64,000 bases of DNA from Squalus acanthias (taxonomy: Eukaryota). Below, piece after piece: positions 34,293 to 46,136 of this stretch. Both the position numbers and the translations under genes were made by a program. The DNA lies in assembly GCA_030390025.1 (NCBI GenBank), contig CM059431.1:116810001-116874000 (forward strand), written 5' to 3'. A model generated the notes under the pieces. The model made no database searches. It had not been told where the DNA came from and was given only the letters and a program-made list of their open reading frames with translations. Numbering within the stretch: the stretch's first letter is position 1; each line of letters starts with the position of its first letter.

Positions 34293-37229
34293 TCAGTACC
34301 CCATTCCTGCTTTCTCACCATACCCCTTGATCCCCTTAGTTGTGAGTGTTATATCTAACTCCCTTTTGAATATATTTAGCGAACTGGCCTCAACAACCTT
34401 CTGTGGAAGAGAATTCCATAGATTCACCACTCTCTGGGTGAAGAAGTTCCTCCTCAGCTCAGTCCTAAATGGCTTCCCCTTAATCCTTAGACTGTGACCC
34501 CTGGTTCTAGTTTTCCCTACCATTGGGAACATTCTTCCCGCATCTAATTTGTCTAAACCAGTCAGGATTTTAAATGTCTCTATAAGATCCCCCCTCATTC
34601 TTCTGAACTCCAGAGGATACAAGTTCAGTTGACCCAATCTTTCTTGATATGTCAGTCCGGCCATCCCAGGAATCAATCTAGTGAACCTTCGCTGCACTCC
34701 CTCAATAGCAAGAATGTCCTTCCTTAAGTTAGGAGACCAAAACTGCGCACAATACTCCAGGTGTGGCCTCACCAAGGCCCTGTACAACTGTAGCATCACC
34801 TCCCTACTCCTGTACTCAAATCCCCTTGCTATGAAGGCCATCATTCCGTTTGCTTTCTTGACTGCCTGCTGCACTTGCATTCCCACCTTCAGTGACTGAT
34901 GTACCATGACGCCCAGGTCTCGTTGCACCTCCCCTTTCCCTAATCTGCCACCATTCAGGTAATAGTCCGCCTCTCTATTTTTACCACCAAAGTGGATAAC
35001 CTCACATTTATCCACATTGTACTTCATCTGCCATACATTTGCCCATTCACCCAACCTGTCCAAGTCACTCTGTAGCCTCCTAGCATCCTCCTCATTGTTC
35101 ACACTGCCTCCCAATTTAGTGTCATCCGCAAATTTGGAGATATTACATTTAATCCCTTCGTCCAAATCATTAATATATAATGTAAACAGCTGGGGTCCCA
35201 GCACCGAACCCTGCGGTACCCCGCTGGTCACTGCCTGCCATTCTGAAAAGTACCCATTTACTCCTACTCTTTGTTTCCTGTGTGCCAACCAGTTCTCAAT
35301 CCACGTCAACACATTACCCCCAATCCCATGTGTTTTAACTTTGCTCACCAATCTCTTGTGTGGGACCTTGTCGAAGGCCTTCTGAAAGTCCAAATACACC
35401 ACATCTACTGGTTCCCCCCTGTCCACCCTATTGGAAACATCCTCAAAAAATTCCAGAAGATTTGTCAAGCATGATTTCCCTTTCACAAATCCATGCTGAC
35501 TTGGACCTATCATGTCGCCACTTTCCAAATGGTCTGTTATGACATCTTTAATAATTGCTTCCATCATTTTACCCACGACCGATGTCAGGCTGACCGGTCT
35601 ATAATTCCCTGCTTTCTCCCTCCCTCCTTTTTTAAAAAGAGGGGTTACATTGGCCACCCTCCACTCCATCGGAACTGATCCAGAGTCTAAGGAATGTTGG
35701 AAAATGATCGTCAATGCATCCACTATTTCCAAGGCCACCTCCTTAAGTACTCTGGGATGCAGACCATCAGGCCCCGGGGATTTTTCAGCCTTCAGTCCCA
35801 TCAATTTCCCCAATACCTTTTCCCGACTAATAAGGATTTCCCTCAGCTCCTCCCTCTTACCAGATCCTCTGACCCCTTTTATTTCCGGCAGGTTGTGTGT
35901 GTCCTCCACAGTAAACACCGAACCAAAGTACTTGTTCAATTGATCAGCCATTTCCTTGTTCCCCATTACGACTTCCCCTGTTTCCGACTGCAGGGGACCT
36001 ACGTTTGTTTTTACTAACCTCTTTCTTTTTACATATTTATAGAAGCTTTTGCAGTCCATTTTAATGTTCTCTGCAAGCTTCCTTTCATATTTTATTTTCC
36101 CTGCCCTAATCAAACCCTTCGTCCTCCTCTGCTGAGTTTTGAAGTTCTCCCAGTCCCCGGGTTTGCTGCTACTTCTGGCCAATTTGTATGCAACTTCCTT
36201 GGTTTTAATACTATCCCTGATTTCCCTTGTTAGCCATGGTTGAGCCACCTTCCCTTTTTTATTTTTACGCCAGACCGGGATGTACAATTGTTGTAGTTCA
36301 TCCATGCGATCTCTAAATGTCTGCCATTGCCCTTCCACTGATAGCCCCTTAAATATCGCTTGCCAATTTAACCTCGCCAATTCACGCCTCATACCCTCAA
36401 AGTTGCCCTTATTTAAGTTCTGGACCATGGTCTCTGAATTAACTGTTTCCTTCTCCATCCTAATGTAGAACTCCACCATACTATGGTCACTCTTCCCCAG
36501 GGGGCCTCGTACCACAAGATTGCTGATTAGTCCCTCCTCATTACACAACACCCAGTCCAGGATGGCCTCCCCTCGAGTTGGTTCCTCAACATATTGGTTT
36601 AGGAAACCATCCCTTAAACACTCCAGGAAATCCTCCTCCACCGTATTGCTTCCAGTTTGAGTAGCCCAATCTATATGCATATTAAAGTCACCCATGATAA
36701 CTGCCGTGCCTTTTTTGCACGCACCTCTGATTTCCTGTTTCATACCCTCCCCCACCTCACTACTGCTGTTTGGAGGTCTGTACACAACTCCCACTAACGT
36801 TTTCTGCCCTTTGGTGTTCTGCAGCTCAACCCATATTGATTCCACATCCTCCAAGCTGATGTCCTTCCTAGCTATTGCATTAATCTCCTCTTTAACCAGC
36901 AATGCTACCCCACCCCCTTTTCCTTTTATTCTATCCTTTCTGAATGTTGAATACCCCTGGATGTTCAGTTCCCAGCCTTGATTGTTCTGGAGCCACGTCT
37001 CTGTAATCCCAATCACATCGTATCCGTTAACATCTATTTGCACAGTCAATTCATCCACCTTATTACGGATACTCCTTGCATTAAGACACAGAGCCTTTAG
37101 GCTTGTTTTATTAACATCCTTTGTCCTTTTAGACTTATGATTTAGTATGGCCCTTTGTGTTTCTTGCCTTTGTTTACTCGGCCTTCCCCTATTGTTTCTC
37201 ACCCTTCTAACATTTGTTTCTGACTGCAT
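34293..37229 (-). CDS. CR1 ORF2: APE endonuclease plus reverse transcriptase, 978 aa, intact
   Basis: EN motifs LNARS, ITETWL, GDFN, ILD, SDH; RT motifs [33 protein letters not shown]. Confidence 0.97.
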   Translation of the reverse strand: MQSETNVRRVRNNRGRPSKQRQETQRAILNHKSKRTKDVNKTSLKALCLNARSIRNKVDELTVQIDVNGYDVIGITETWLQNNQGWELNIQGYSTFRKDRIKGKGGGVALLVKEEINAIARKDISLEDVESIWVELQNTKGQKTLVGVVYRPPNSSSEVGEGMKQEIRGACKKGTAVIMGDFNMHIDWATQTGSNTVEEDFLECLRDGFLNQYVEEPTRGEAILDWVLCNEEGLISNLVVRGPLGKSDHSMVEFYIRMEKETVNSETMVQNLNKGNFEGMRRELARLNWQAIFKGLSVEGQWQTFRDRMDELQQLYIPVWRKNKKGKVAQPWLTREIRDSIKTKEVAYKLARSSSKPGDWENFKTQQRRTKGLIRAGKIKYERKLAENIKMDCKSFYKYVKRKRLVKTNVGPLQSETGEVVMGNKEMADQLNKYFGSVFTVEDTHNLPEIKGVRGSGKREELREILISREKVLGKLMGLKAEKSPGPDGLHPRVLKEVALEIVDALTIIFQHSLDSGSVPMEWRVANVTPLFKKGGREKAGNYRPVSLTSVVGKMMEAIIKDVITDHLESGDMIGPSQHGFVKGKSCLTNLLEFFEDVSNRVDRGEPVDVVYLDFQKAFDKVPHKRLVSKVKTHGIGGNVLTWIENWLAHRKQRVGVNGYFSEWQAVTSGVPQGSVLGPQLFTLYINDLDEGIKCNISKFADDTKLGGSVNNEEDARRLQSDLDRLGEWANVWQMKYNVDKCEVIHFGGKNREADYYLNGGRLGKGEVQRDLGVMVHQSLKVGMQVQQAVKKANGMMAFIARGFEYRSREVMLQLYRALVRPHLEYCAQFWSPNLRKDILAIEGVQRRFTRLIPGMAGLTYQERLGQLNLYPLEFRRMRGDLIETFKILTGLDKLDAGRMFPMVGKTRTRGHSLRIKGKPFRTELRRNFFTQRVVNLWNSLPQKVVEASSLNIFKRELDITLTTKGIKGYGEKAGMGY

Positions 37230-37276
37230 ATTACTTCCCCCTGTTTCGCTACATAGGTTCCCATTCCCCTGCCATA

Positions 37277-38220
37277 TTAGTTTAAATCCTCCCGAACTGC
37301 TTTAGCAAATATTACCCCGAGGACATCGGTTCCAGTCCTGCCCAAGTGCAGACCGTCCCTTTTGTACAGGTCCCACTTCCCCCAGAACTGGTTCCAATGC
37401 CTCAGGAATTTGAATCCCTCCCTCCTGCACCACTGCTCAAGCCACATATTCAATCTCACTATCCTGTTCTCTCTATTCTGATTGCACGTGGCCCTGGTAG
37501 CAATCCAGAGATTACTACCTTAGAGGTCCTACTTTTTAATTTAGCTCCTAGCTCCCTAAATTCTGCTTGTAGGACCTCTTCCCGCTTTTTACCTATATCG
37601 TTGGTACCTACATGCACCACGACAGCTGGCTGTTCACCCTCCCTCTTCAGAATGTTCTGCAGCCGCTCCGAGACATCCTTGACCCTTGCACCAGGGAGGC
37701 AACATACCATCCTGGAATCTCGGTTGCGGCCACAGAAACTCCTGTCTATTCCCCTTACAATTGAGTCCCCTATCACTATAGCCCTACCACTCTTTTTCCC
37801 ACCCTGCTGTGCAGCAGAGCCAGCCATGGTGCCATGAACCTGGCTGCTAGTGCCTTCCCCTGGTAGGCCATCTCCCCCAACAGTATCCAAAGCGGCATAC
37901 CTGTTTTGGAGGCAGATGACCACAGGGGACTCCTGCACTACCTTCCTGATATTGCCCTGCTTCTTGGTCACCCATTCACTGTCTGTCCTAGCCTTTACCT
38001 GCGGTGTGGACAACTCACTAAATGAGCGATTCACCGAGTTCTCGGCATCGTGCATGCTCCAGAGTGAGTCCACCCGCAGCTCCAGCACCGCCATGTGGGC
38101 TGTCAGGAGCTGCAGCTGGACACACTTCCCGCACACGTAGTTGTCAGGGACACTGGAAGTGTCCCTGGTTTCCCACATGGCACAGGAGGAGCATGAAACG
38201 GGTCCGAGACTTCCTGTCAT
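37277..38220 (-). CDS. CR1 ORF1 (zinc finger, leucine zipper, SGNH esterase) with one frameshift near 37482
   Basis: CSSC..CGKC, IVIGDS, HVGTND, DGLH; the two ORF pieces join if 1 nt is restored. Confidence 0.9.
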
Positions 38221-38508
38221 GACTTAACCCTTATGTTACTTTATTACTAAAATTTAAACTTATTTAACTTAGGTCCAGGAGTTAAGTCCCTGAAAACAAA
38301 ATATAAAATCGAACCTACCTTTTAAATTCCCTCTACCCCTAAAGGTTAGAGGAGGTGGGAGGGTGGGAGTCACTACTAGTGTAGTGTCTCGGGTTTAGCA
38401 ACCGCTCCACCTATATACGGGTACCAATGAATTGGCCCCGCCCCCTGCCTTTGAAAAAGCCCGCAAAGCTCTTTCCCCGCTGGGGAAAAAGGCCACGTAG
38501 GTGAGTTT

Positions 38509-38940
38509 AATGACTCACCTCAGGCCTCTGCCGCTCCAACCAGGTCCGCCCCTCCTTCCCCGCTGCTGACCGCTCTGTGGGAGAGAGAAAGAAAGAAAGG
38601 CTCCTCTTCCCCCACTGTCGACGCTGGTCTGAGGCCTACCTGAGCCTTGGGCCTCCCTTTAATGACTCACCTCAGGCCTCTGCCGCTCCAACCAGGTCCG
38701 CCCCTCCTTCCCCGCTGCCGACCGCTCTGTGGGAGAGAGAAAGAAAGAAAGGCTCCTCTTCCCCCGCTGTCGACGCTGGTCTGAGGCCTACCTGAGCCTC
38801 GGGCCTCCCTTTAATGACTCACCTCAGGCCTCTGCCGCTCCAACCAGGTCCGCCCCTCCTTCCCCGCTGCCGACCGCTCTGTGGGAGAGAGAAAGAAAGA
38901 AAGGCTCCTCCTCCCCCGCTGTCGACGCTGGTCTGAGGCC
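38509..38940 (-). repeat. 152-bp tandem monomers (~2.8 copies) in the CR1 5'UTR
   Basis: aatgactcacctcagg recurs at 38509, 38661 and 38813. Confidence 0.95.
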
Positions 38941-39407
38941 AGATTAAGATTACATTTACACTGAGACCAGTTGCTGCGGTTTGGGCACCACCCACACAGA
39001 ATCCTGTTCACATTGCTTGGCTCCTACCTTGTTGGAGCTTGAACTGTCTTGCTTTGTCTCCAAAAGTTAATCTTTCGAGAGCAGGGAGGGGATGAATCAC
39101 TCCTCTCTAAACATTTAAATTGAGGAAAAGTTCAAAGGGCCCTCTGAGGGCCTTGTTTGATGTTACACTGAATTTACACTTCATTCATGCCACTGCATCA
39201 TTCCTACTCCCACCCTCATAAATGGAGTTACTGTTTATTGCCCACGTTGCACTTTCTACCTACTGGGCCATGGTGGGGAAGGAGATGGTTGAGAACATTC
39301 CCTTGCCAGCCTAGCATGTCCATCCATGACAAAATTAATGAAGGAAAACAAGTTAAACATTCAGCAAGCCTGTGCTGACAGAGTTAGACTAGGGATATCA
39401 AAGCATT

Positions 39408-39664
39408 GGGGGAAATTTTAACCCTACTCACTCAGCAGAAACCTGGCAGGTGGGCATTTAAAATCGCCCTGGCTCTTACCTGTCTGAAAATCACCATTTT
39501 AACCTGCTCTCCTGAGCAGGCAGCAAGGACACAAGGAGCCAACAGGGTCCTTCTTTACATACGCATGTTGCGGCCCAATGACATCACTGAGAACCGACTG
39601 CAATTTTAACTCAGGCCTGGCACTCATTGCTACCTTGCCGTGACAAGCTGAAAAACTTTCCTCT
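39408..39664. mobile_element. Short degraded Harbinger-type MITE
   Basis: GGGGGAAATTTT ... AAAACTTTCCTCT ends; TGACATCA at 39579. Confidence 0.45.
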
Positions 39665-40568
39665 CTCTGATATACAGGTTTAAGTCTGGATTTCTATGGG
39701 TAAACTGTGATGAAGATCTCTGAAGCTATTGACATGGTTTTCAGTACCTTGAATTATGTCATTCAGTGGAATGTTCTCTCAGTGGTTGGTGGTGATGCTC
39801 GTGTTCATTGAGTTATCTCTACTTACTCAACAAATGAAGAGAAAACAAACTGATTTAGATCGGAATACTACAAACAGCAATGTAAGAATCAGTAAAACCA
39901 GTTCTGTGCCCCAGACAACAAAATCAGCTTTAATCTGCTTCCTGGTGATAAGAAATCAGTATGACAGCTTGTCATTTTGCTGTCTACAATGTTTAAGTCT
40001 AAGTTGGGTTTTACATCAGTGCCTTGCACATAGTGCCGGTGCCAACAGTCTGTTGTGAAAGGTAAATATCCTTGACAAATTGACTACATTCAATATGAAA
40101 CAAATATTCTCCATATCAGCTTCGAAATGCAATCTGCAAATAATAAGCATGCTGAAAAGTAACTTTGTACCGGCATAGATATGCAGTGTGTGAAACAAAC
40201 AAATATCCGCACACTTGCAGCTCCAACCTAACATCATGGTTTACTTTGAGCACCCTTCCCCGAAAGAAAGAGGCTGGTCTTCCTAACAGTGATAAGGAAT
40301 TGCTTTCACCGCTTGATATTTTCTGCCTGTAGTGTTTACATTAATGAGTGCAACACACAAAAAATGGAATTTTCTGCTGTTTATCTGCCATTATTGTTCA
40401 TCTAGTGAGAATTGTATAATTTTCTTATGCACAAAATGTTTGCTGAAATTTTTACATATTATTTTGTGACAGTTCCATATTAATCAACATGGTAAAACCA
40501 TGCAAATGGTTCAGATGAGAGGTCATTGATTTGAAACAACAAAAACAACAACTTGTATTTATATAGCG

Positions 40569-40950
40569 TGATGGAGTAAATTAGGACTTAAAGTTAAAGA
40601 ATGTAATACAAAAGTTAAATGTAAAAACAAAATGGTTAATCTGACACAGTTCGATGGAAAATGTCTGTGGTTAACATGTGTATGTGCGAGGGGATATCAG
40701 ACAGCCAAACCAGACAACGCTGACCACATTTCGATGTTTATAGTTTCGCTTAGGAAGTAAAAACTGTCAGATTATAATTAGACATTTGTTGCTGGGGAAA
40801 TGTAATTGGGTGAGGACATGTATAAAAGAAGTTTTGATACCACTGTAAAGATGAGAAGCTGGTCACTAGGCTTCTCCCAGAGTGCTTTGAATAAAAAACT
40901 GTGATCTTTTGCTTTAAGACAGACTCGAGTGAATTAATTTTTCACCAACA
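40569..40950 (+). mobile_element. Solo LTR, 382 bp
   Basis: TGATGG...CCAACA termini; TAGCG 5-bp TSD; TATAAAA at 40821; AATAAA at 40890. Confidence 0.88.
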
Positions 40951-41355
40951 TAGCGGCTTTAACGTAGTGAAATATCCCAAGGCGCTTCACAGGAGCGATT
41001 ATCAAACAAAATTTGACACCGAGCCACATAAGGAGATATTAGGTCAGATGACCAAATGCTTGGTCAAAGTGACAGGGCTGGATTTTGTCATTGGGGGCGG
41101 GCTGGGGGCGGGTCAGGTGGTCGGCGGGTCCTGCCCCCACCTCCGATGTGAGGCGGGACAATTGAGTGATTTTGCCCTAATTGGGCACTTGATTTCCAGC
41201 GTGTGGGAACCCCTGGCCCAATGAGTCTTTTGGTCCTGAAACTCACCCCTGATGACGTCATCTATGCAGCTGCATTTAAGGCCTTCAATCAGCCTTGGTT
41301 CATTTTCTGCCTAATTACTTTGTTATATAGACTTCTGAAGGATTTTGGTGCAACC

Positions 41356-43364
41356 ATGGCAAGCTCAAGGCCGAAGTACGCACCCCGCTTTGTTAAGGAC
41401 TCCCTCCAAGTTCTGGTGGAGGGAGCAAGAGCTAATAAGGAAGTGCTGTTTCCTTCTTCTGGGAGTAAAAAACCTCCCCAACAGACCAAAGCTGTGTGGC
41501 TGTAAGTGGCACAGGAGGTGAGTGCCATCTCAATGTGCAGCAGAATCTGGCTGCAGTGCAGAAAGAGGTTTAATTACATTCTCCGCACAGGAAAAGTGAG
41601 TATTCCATCACCATGACACTCAATCTGAACCCCATCGCCTCTCATCACCAGCACTCTGCTTTGTCAACCTCCTTCTCCACATCCCACTTGAACCTTACAT
41701 CCCTTGCACCCTTAACCATTCCCTCTCTCTGTATGTTCACATTCACTTAACTATTCGACTATGCAGCCCTCACACTCCCTATCACTGTGATGCTATGACA
41801 ACAACTTACAACACACAGGGAGGGCCCTTGGTCTTGGCACCTCACTCCATCTTTGTGTCCTTCTAAGCATCTATGCTATGGATCCTCTACACTCACTCCT
41901 TTATTCTCACTCAAACTCCACTTGTGTCCCTCATTGCAGGAAAAAAGAGCCCACAATAAGAGGGAAAGGGCGAGGACAGGAGGAGGGCCACCTTCAATAA
42001 CCCAGTTCACCAGTGCAGAGGAGGCGGCCCTCGAGATCGTGGTAGTTGAGGAGGATGCGCAAGTGGGGGACGGACAGATGGGCGCATCAGAGCAAGCTGG
42101 TGACAGAGCAGTTTTTCATCTCTCGCATTGACATTGCATGAGTGACTGATCTTGATTCTAATGCTCTAACAGATTGACTTATGATAATCTGTACAATTCC
42201 ATGTGCATGCAACGTTTATCTCACATGCCTAACTCTTTCCTTTACTCCCCCACAGGACCATCGAGAGCCCCCCTCCCCACTGTTCAGGAGGAACAGCCTG
42301 AGCCCCCAGACTCCTCAGAGGAAGCTGCAACCTCTGAGGGTGCAGCGCCAGCAGAATTAAGTGCACCCATCACCAGCGCAGACACTCACACCTCGGTGGG
42401 ACCTTCGGGACATAGAGTAGTGTTGTCACCTGGTGTATCACAGCTCACAAGTGAGCATCAGCAGATGGTGGAGACAGGGACAGCAGTGGAGAGTCCTCGT
42501 TGGAGGGCACAGGACTCTGCCAGCTCTGCTCAGCTGCATGTCGACCCTGTGCCTCTGGGTCCATCCAGAAGGAGAGTGGTGATGGAAATCCAGGAACAGG
42601 TGCAGGAGTCTCTGGCAGGTTTTGTCTCAAGGGTCACTGCGAGTGTGGAGTGAATGGAGGAGTCCATCGCTAACATGAGCAGAGCCTTTGTGGAGGCATT
42701 GGCGCATGAACGCATCACCATGGAAAGGATGGCAACCTCCATGGAAAGGATGGCTACCTCCGTGGTAAGGCTGGCTACGGTAGAGGAGAGGATGGCTACG
42801 GTAGAGGAGAGGATGGCTTCAGCCATGGAGGAGCTTAGTCGCCTGGGTCTTGAAAACATGGTCATTGTTCAGAATAGACTGACATCTCTTGAGGAGCGAT
42901 GGTCAGCTATTGAGCAGAGAAACCAGACCTTCATGGAAGTCCTCTGGAGTAGGACTTCCAGTGCAGAAACAGGTCCTCATGGCCCCCCTGAAGTGCAGCA
43001 AGGTGCTGTCAAGCCACTTGCTAGCTCTGAAGTGGGGCTGACCCATGAGAGGGATGTTGTTGGCAGAGAACAAGGAACTGGGGGCTCCTCTCCAAGCGCT
43101 CACACGACCATGCCACTGCAGAGCCCTCGGTCAGAGCCCCACCAGAGTCCGCACCCAACTGAGATCGGCGTCTCAGCCCCTGCACAGCCGCAGGAGCAGC
43201 AGACTGTTGGCGAGCCCTCACAGGCTTGCAACCGCAGAGGACACCCGCCAAAGGTGTCGAGATAGGAGCAGCATGAAAGTGAGCAAGGGGCCTCCACATC
43301 TGCTGAAGCCACAGGGGAAGCACTACGTAGGAGCACGCGTAAGAGGAAGATAAAGCACAAGTAG
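41356..43364 (+). pseudogene. Three-exon Myb/SANT-like accessory gene with premature stops
   Basis: Exons 41356-41595, 41940-42099, 42256-43364 with GT-AG introns; APRF..W..W.QCRKRFN and RERARTGGGPP motifs; stops at 41503, 42651, 43263. Confidence 0.88.
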
Positions 43365-43622
43365 TCACAAGGGTAGGCACTTGGGTGTTCCGTTGTGTTT
43401 ATTTCTGAAAAGCCATCCGTGAATTTATGTGATAAAATAACTTGATGGCAAACTATTGAAGTTTTGGGCTGTGTCATTTCGCAAATGGGACTTCCACATT
43501 GAGGGCTCAGGGCGACTTGGAATTGTCAGTATGGTGGTCAGAGTGATAGGAAGCCGTAGGTTCTTGCCCATTGTCGATGGTGTGGTAAGAAGGTGTGAGG
43601 CAAATGTGTTTGATTGGGTAGT

Positions 43623-44857
43623 CTAAGCAAATCTGGCCAAGATGAGTGCATCCCTTGCATCCCGGGCAGCAATGTGCTCGCGTGCTGCTGCCGCTGGTTG
43701 ATGCGCCTCCGCAAGCTGTTCATTCTCGCTCTCCTCCTCCTCCTCCTCCTCATCCTCATCTGAGGAGGCTATGTGATCAGCCACTTGTACCTCAGGCAGC
43801 TGCAAGCCACAATGCTGTGCGATGTTGTGCAGTGCACAGCAGACCACGACGATTCTGGAGACCCTGGCTGCTGAGTACTGCAGGGCTCCACCTGATCTAT
43901 CAAGGCATCTGAATCGCATCTTCAGCAAGCCGATGGTTTGCTCGATTATGGATCTGGTGGAAATGTGGCTGGAGTTGTAGCGCTCCTCAGCGTCGTTGGA
44001 AGGCCTCCTCAACGCCATCATTAGCCACGTCTTCAGGGGATAGCCCTTGTCTCCAAGTAGCCATCCGCAAAGTTGGTCTGGCGGACCGAAGAGCGGAGGA
44101 ACACTAGACTGCCGCAGGATGAAGGAATCATGGCAACTGCCAGGGTACTTGGCACAAACATGCAACATTTCCTTATTGTGGTCACACACCAGCTGCACGT
44201 TGAATGAGTGGAAGCCCTTGCGGTTGACAAAAATACCTGGATTGTGATGGGGTGCCTTAAGGGCCACATGTGTGCAGTCAACAATGCCCTGCACCCTTGG
44301 AAAGCCTGCCAGATTAGCAAAGCCAACCGAACGTGCGGTTACACTTGCTTGATCCTTGGAGAAGTTGATGTAATTGTGCGCGATGGCAAAGAGGGCATCG
44401 GTTACCTGCGTGATGCAAGTGTGTGCGGCCACCTGGGAGATGCCGCTGATATCTGCTATTTATCCCTGGAATGAGCCTGAAGCAAATAATTTGAGTGAGG
44501 TGGTGACTTTGACGGCCACTGGTAAGGGGTGTCCACCCACTCCTCTGGGCTCCCGGTCTTGCTGCAGCATTGCGCAGATGTGACCCACTACCTCTCGCGA
44601 AAGTCTGAGCCTCCTTTGGCACTGCTGCTCAGTCACGTTGAGGTAGCTCATCCTCTGTCTGTAAACCCTGTTTTGGGGGTATCTCCTGCGGCGACGTCAT
44701 TCCCTGCGCTGGCGGCTTCAGGTGGGTGAGCAGCAGGTTGGCGCTCCTGTTGTTGCTCCTGCTGTTGGTGCTGCTGTTGTTCCAGGTGCTGCTGCTGCCG
44801 CGACTGGTCTTCATCTGAATCTGAGGTCCAGGAGGAAAGGAAATAAATGGTTCCCAT
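43623..44857 (-). pseudogene. Harbinger DDE transposase, nearly intact
   Basis: [27 protein letters not shown] motifs in a 269-aa ORF; in-frame TAA at 44460-44462; stop and frameshift in the N-terminal region. Confidence 0.95.
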
Positions 44858-45496
44858 GCTGCTGGTTTATACCTCAGTTGAGGAAGCACTCAGTCAAGGT
44901 GGGGATAGGGGTTTCCCAGGAGGTCACAGTGGAGATGGATCTCAGCTTCAAAACTTCGACAATGAGTAGGCCTGCTAAAAGTTCTCCCAGACCTGAGAAA
45001 ACAAAGTTCTGCTACCTGCAAATGATCATTGTTGAAAACTCCTTTTTAATGGTGGAGCTGCAGCTGTTAGTAAGCCATTCACTTGTGAGCCCGCCAGGAT
45101 TAACTGGCGTGTTCCAGAGGAGACGTGCAGCATGGGGGAAATGTGTTAAACTCAGAAAGGCCTCTCAAAATGGGATTATAGAGGCCCTTAAGTGATTGTT
45201 AAGGGCCTTAAGGGCCTATCCCGCCTCTTGGAGGCGGGATCGAAATGGGGTCTGAAAGCCCGCTTTTGGGAAAGTTGCTAAGAGGCAGTCTGGAGGCGGG
45301 ATCGGAGCCCACCGCCATTTTTTGCAACTTTCCCACCTGACACGCCTCCAAACCCACCTCCTCGGGCCTGGCAAAATCCAGCCCATTGTTTTTAATGAGC
45401 ATCTTAAAGGACAACAGCGCGGTAGAGAGGCAGAGAGCTTAGGGCCAAGACAGCTGAAGGCACGGTTGCCAATGGTGGAGCGATGAAAATCAGGGA

Positions 45497-45578
45497 AACG
45501 TTAACTCTGTTATATTCTCCACAGATGCTGCCTGACCTGTTGAGTGGTTCTAGCATTTTCTGTTTTAATTTCTTATTT
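45497..45578 (+). repeat. Short fragment of a common shark repeat (probably Penelope-derived)
   Basis: tctccacagatgctgcctgacctgttgagt..agcattttctgtttt motif recognised from memory. Confidence 0.4.
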
Positions 45579-45662
45579 GCAGCGCAGTCGTATTTTCCTT
45601 TTGTTTTCATACAAATGATAGTTCTGTGAACATTTAGAGTGATGTAGTTCATTTGTTTTACC

Positions 45663-46136
45663 GTGTCAGCCATGGCTCAGTTGGTAGCACTCTCACCTTT
45701 GAGTCAGAAGGTTGGAGGTTCAAGCACCCACTCCAGAGACTTGAGCACAAAAATCTAGGCTAACACTCCAGTGCAGTACTGAGGGAGTGCTGCACTGTCA
45801 GAGGTGCCGTCTTTCAAATGAGATGTTAAACCGAGGCCCTGTCTGCTCTCTCAGGTGGATGTAAAAGATCCCATGGCACTATTTTGAAGAAGAGCAGGGG
45901 AGTTATCCCCAGTGTCCTGGCCAATATTTATCCCTCAATCGACATCACTAAAAAAAAAAGATTATCTGGTCATTATCACATTGCTGTTTCTGGGAGCTTG
46001 CTGTGCGCAAAATTGGCTGCTGTGTTTCCTGCATTACAACAGTGACTACACTTCAAAAGTAATTCATTGGCTGTAAAGTACTTCGGGACGTCCTGAGGTC
46101 ATGAAAGGCGCTATATAAATGCAAGTCTTTTTCTTT
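45663..46136 (+). mobile_element. SacSINE1-like Deu-domain SINE, full length
   Basis: tRNA head, Deu core, L2-type tail; homologous to 10681-11136. Confidence 0.9.

Larger units (their letters stand above)
34201..38940 (-). mobile_element. Young full-length CR1 LINE
   Basis: Tandem-repeat 5'UTR, ORF1, uninterrupted ORF2, 3'UTR and (TTTCTATG)n tail; near-identical copy at 62803-64000. Confidence 0.97.
41075..45384. mobile_element. Full-length Harbinger DNA transposon (4.3 kb)
   Basis: Perfect 13-bp TIR GGGCTGGATTTTG / CAAAATCCAGCCC; convergent Myb (+) and transposase (-) genes; TSD not cleanly preserved. Confidence 0.95.
40545..45493 (-). mobile_element. L2 3' fragment in three pieces (40545-40568, 40951-41074, 45385-45493)
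   Basis: Pieces are collinear with the L2 at 6850-7375 once the two insertions are removed. Confidence 0.8.

Noticed and set aside
34267..38222. Plus-strand ORFs opposite the CR1 ORFs
   Set aside because: Antisense shadows of intact coding frames
38509..38940. CRISPR-like or coding repeat
   Set aside because: Head-to-tail monomers without unique spacers in a eukaryotic LINE UTR
43623..44857. Domesticated HARBI1 host gene
   Set aside because: Flanked by TIRs, paired with a Myb gene, carries stops and is multicopy
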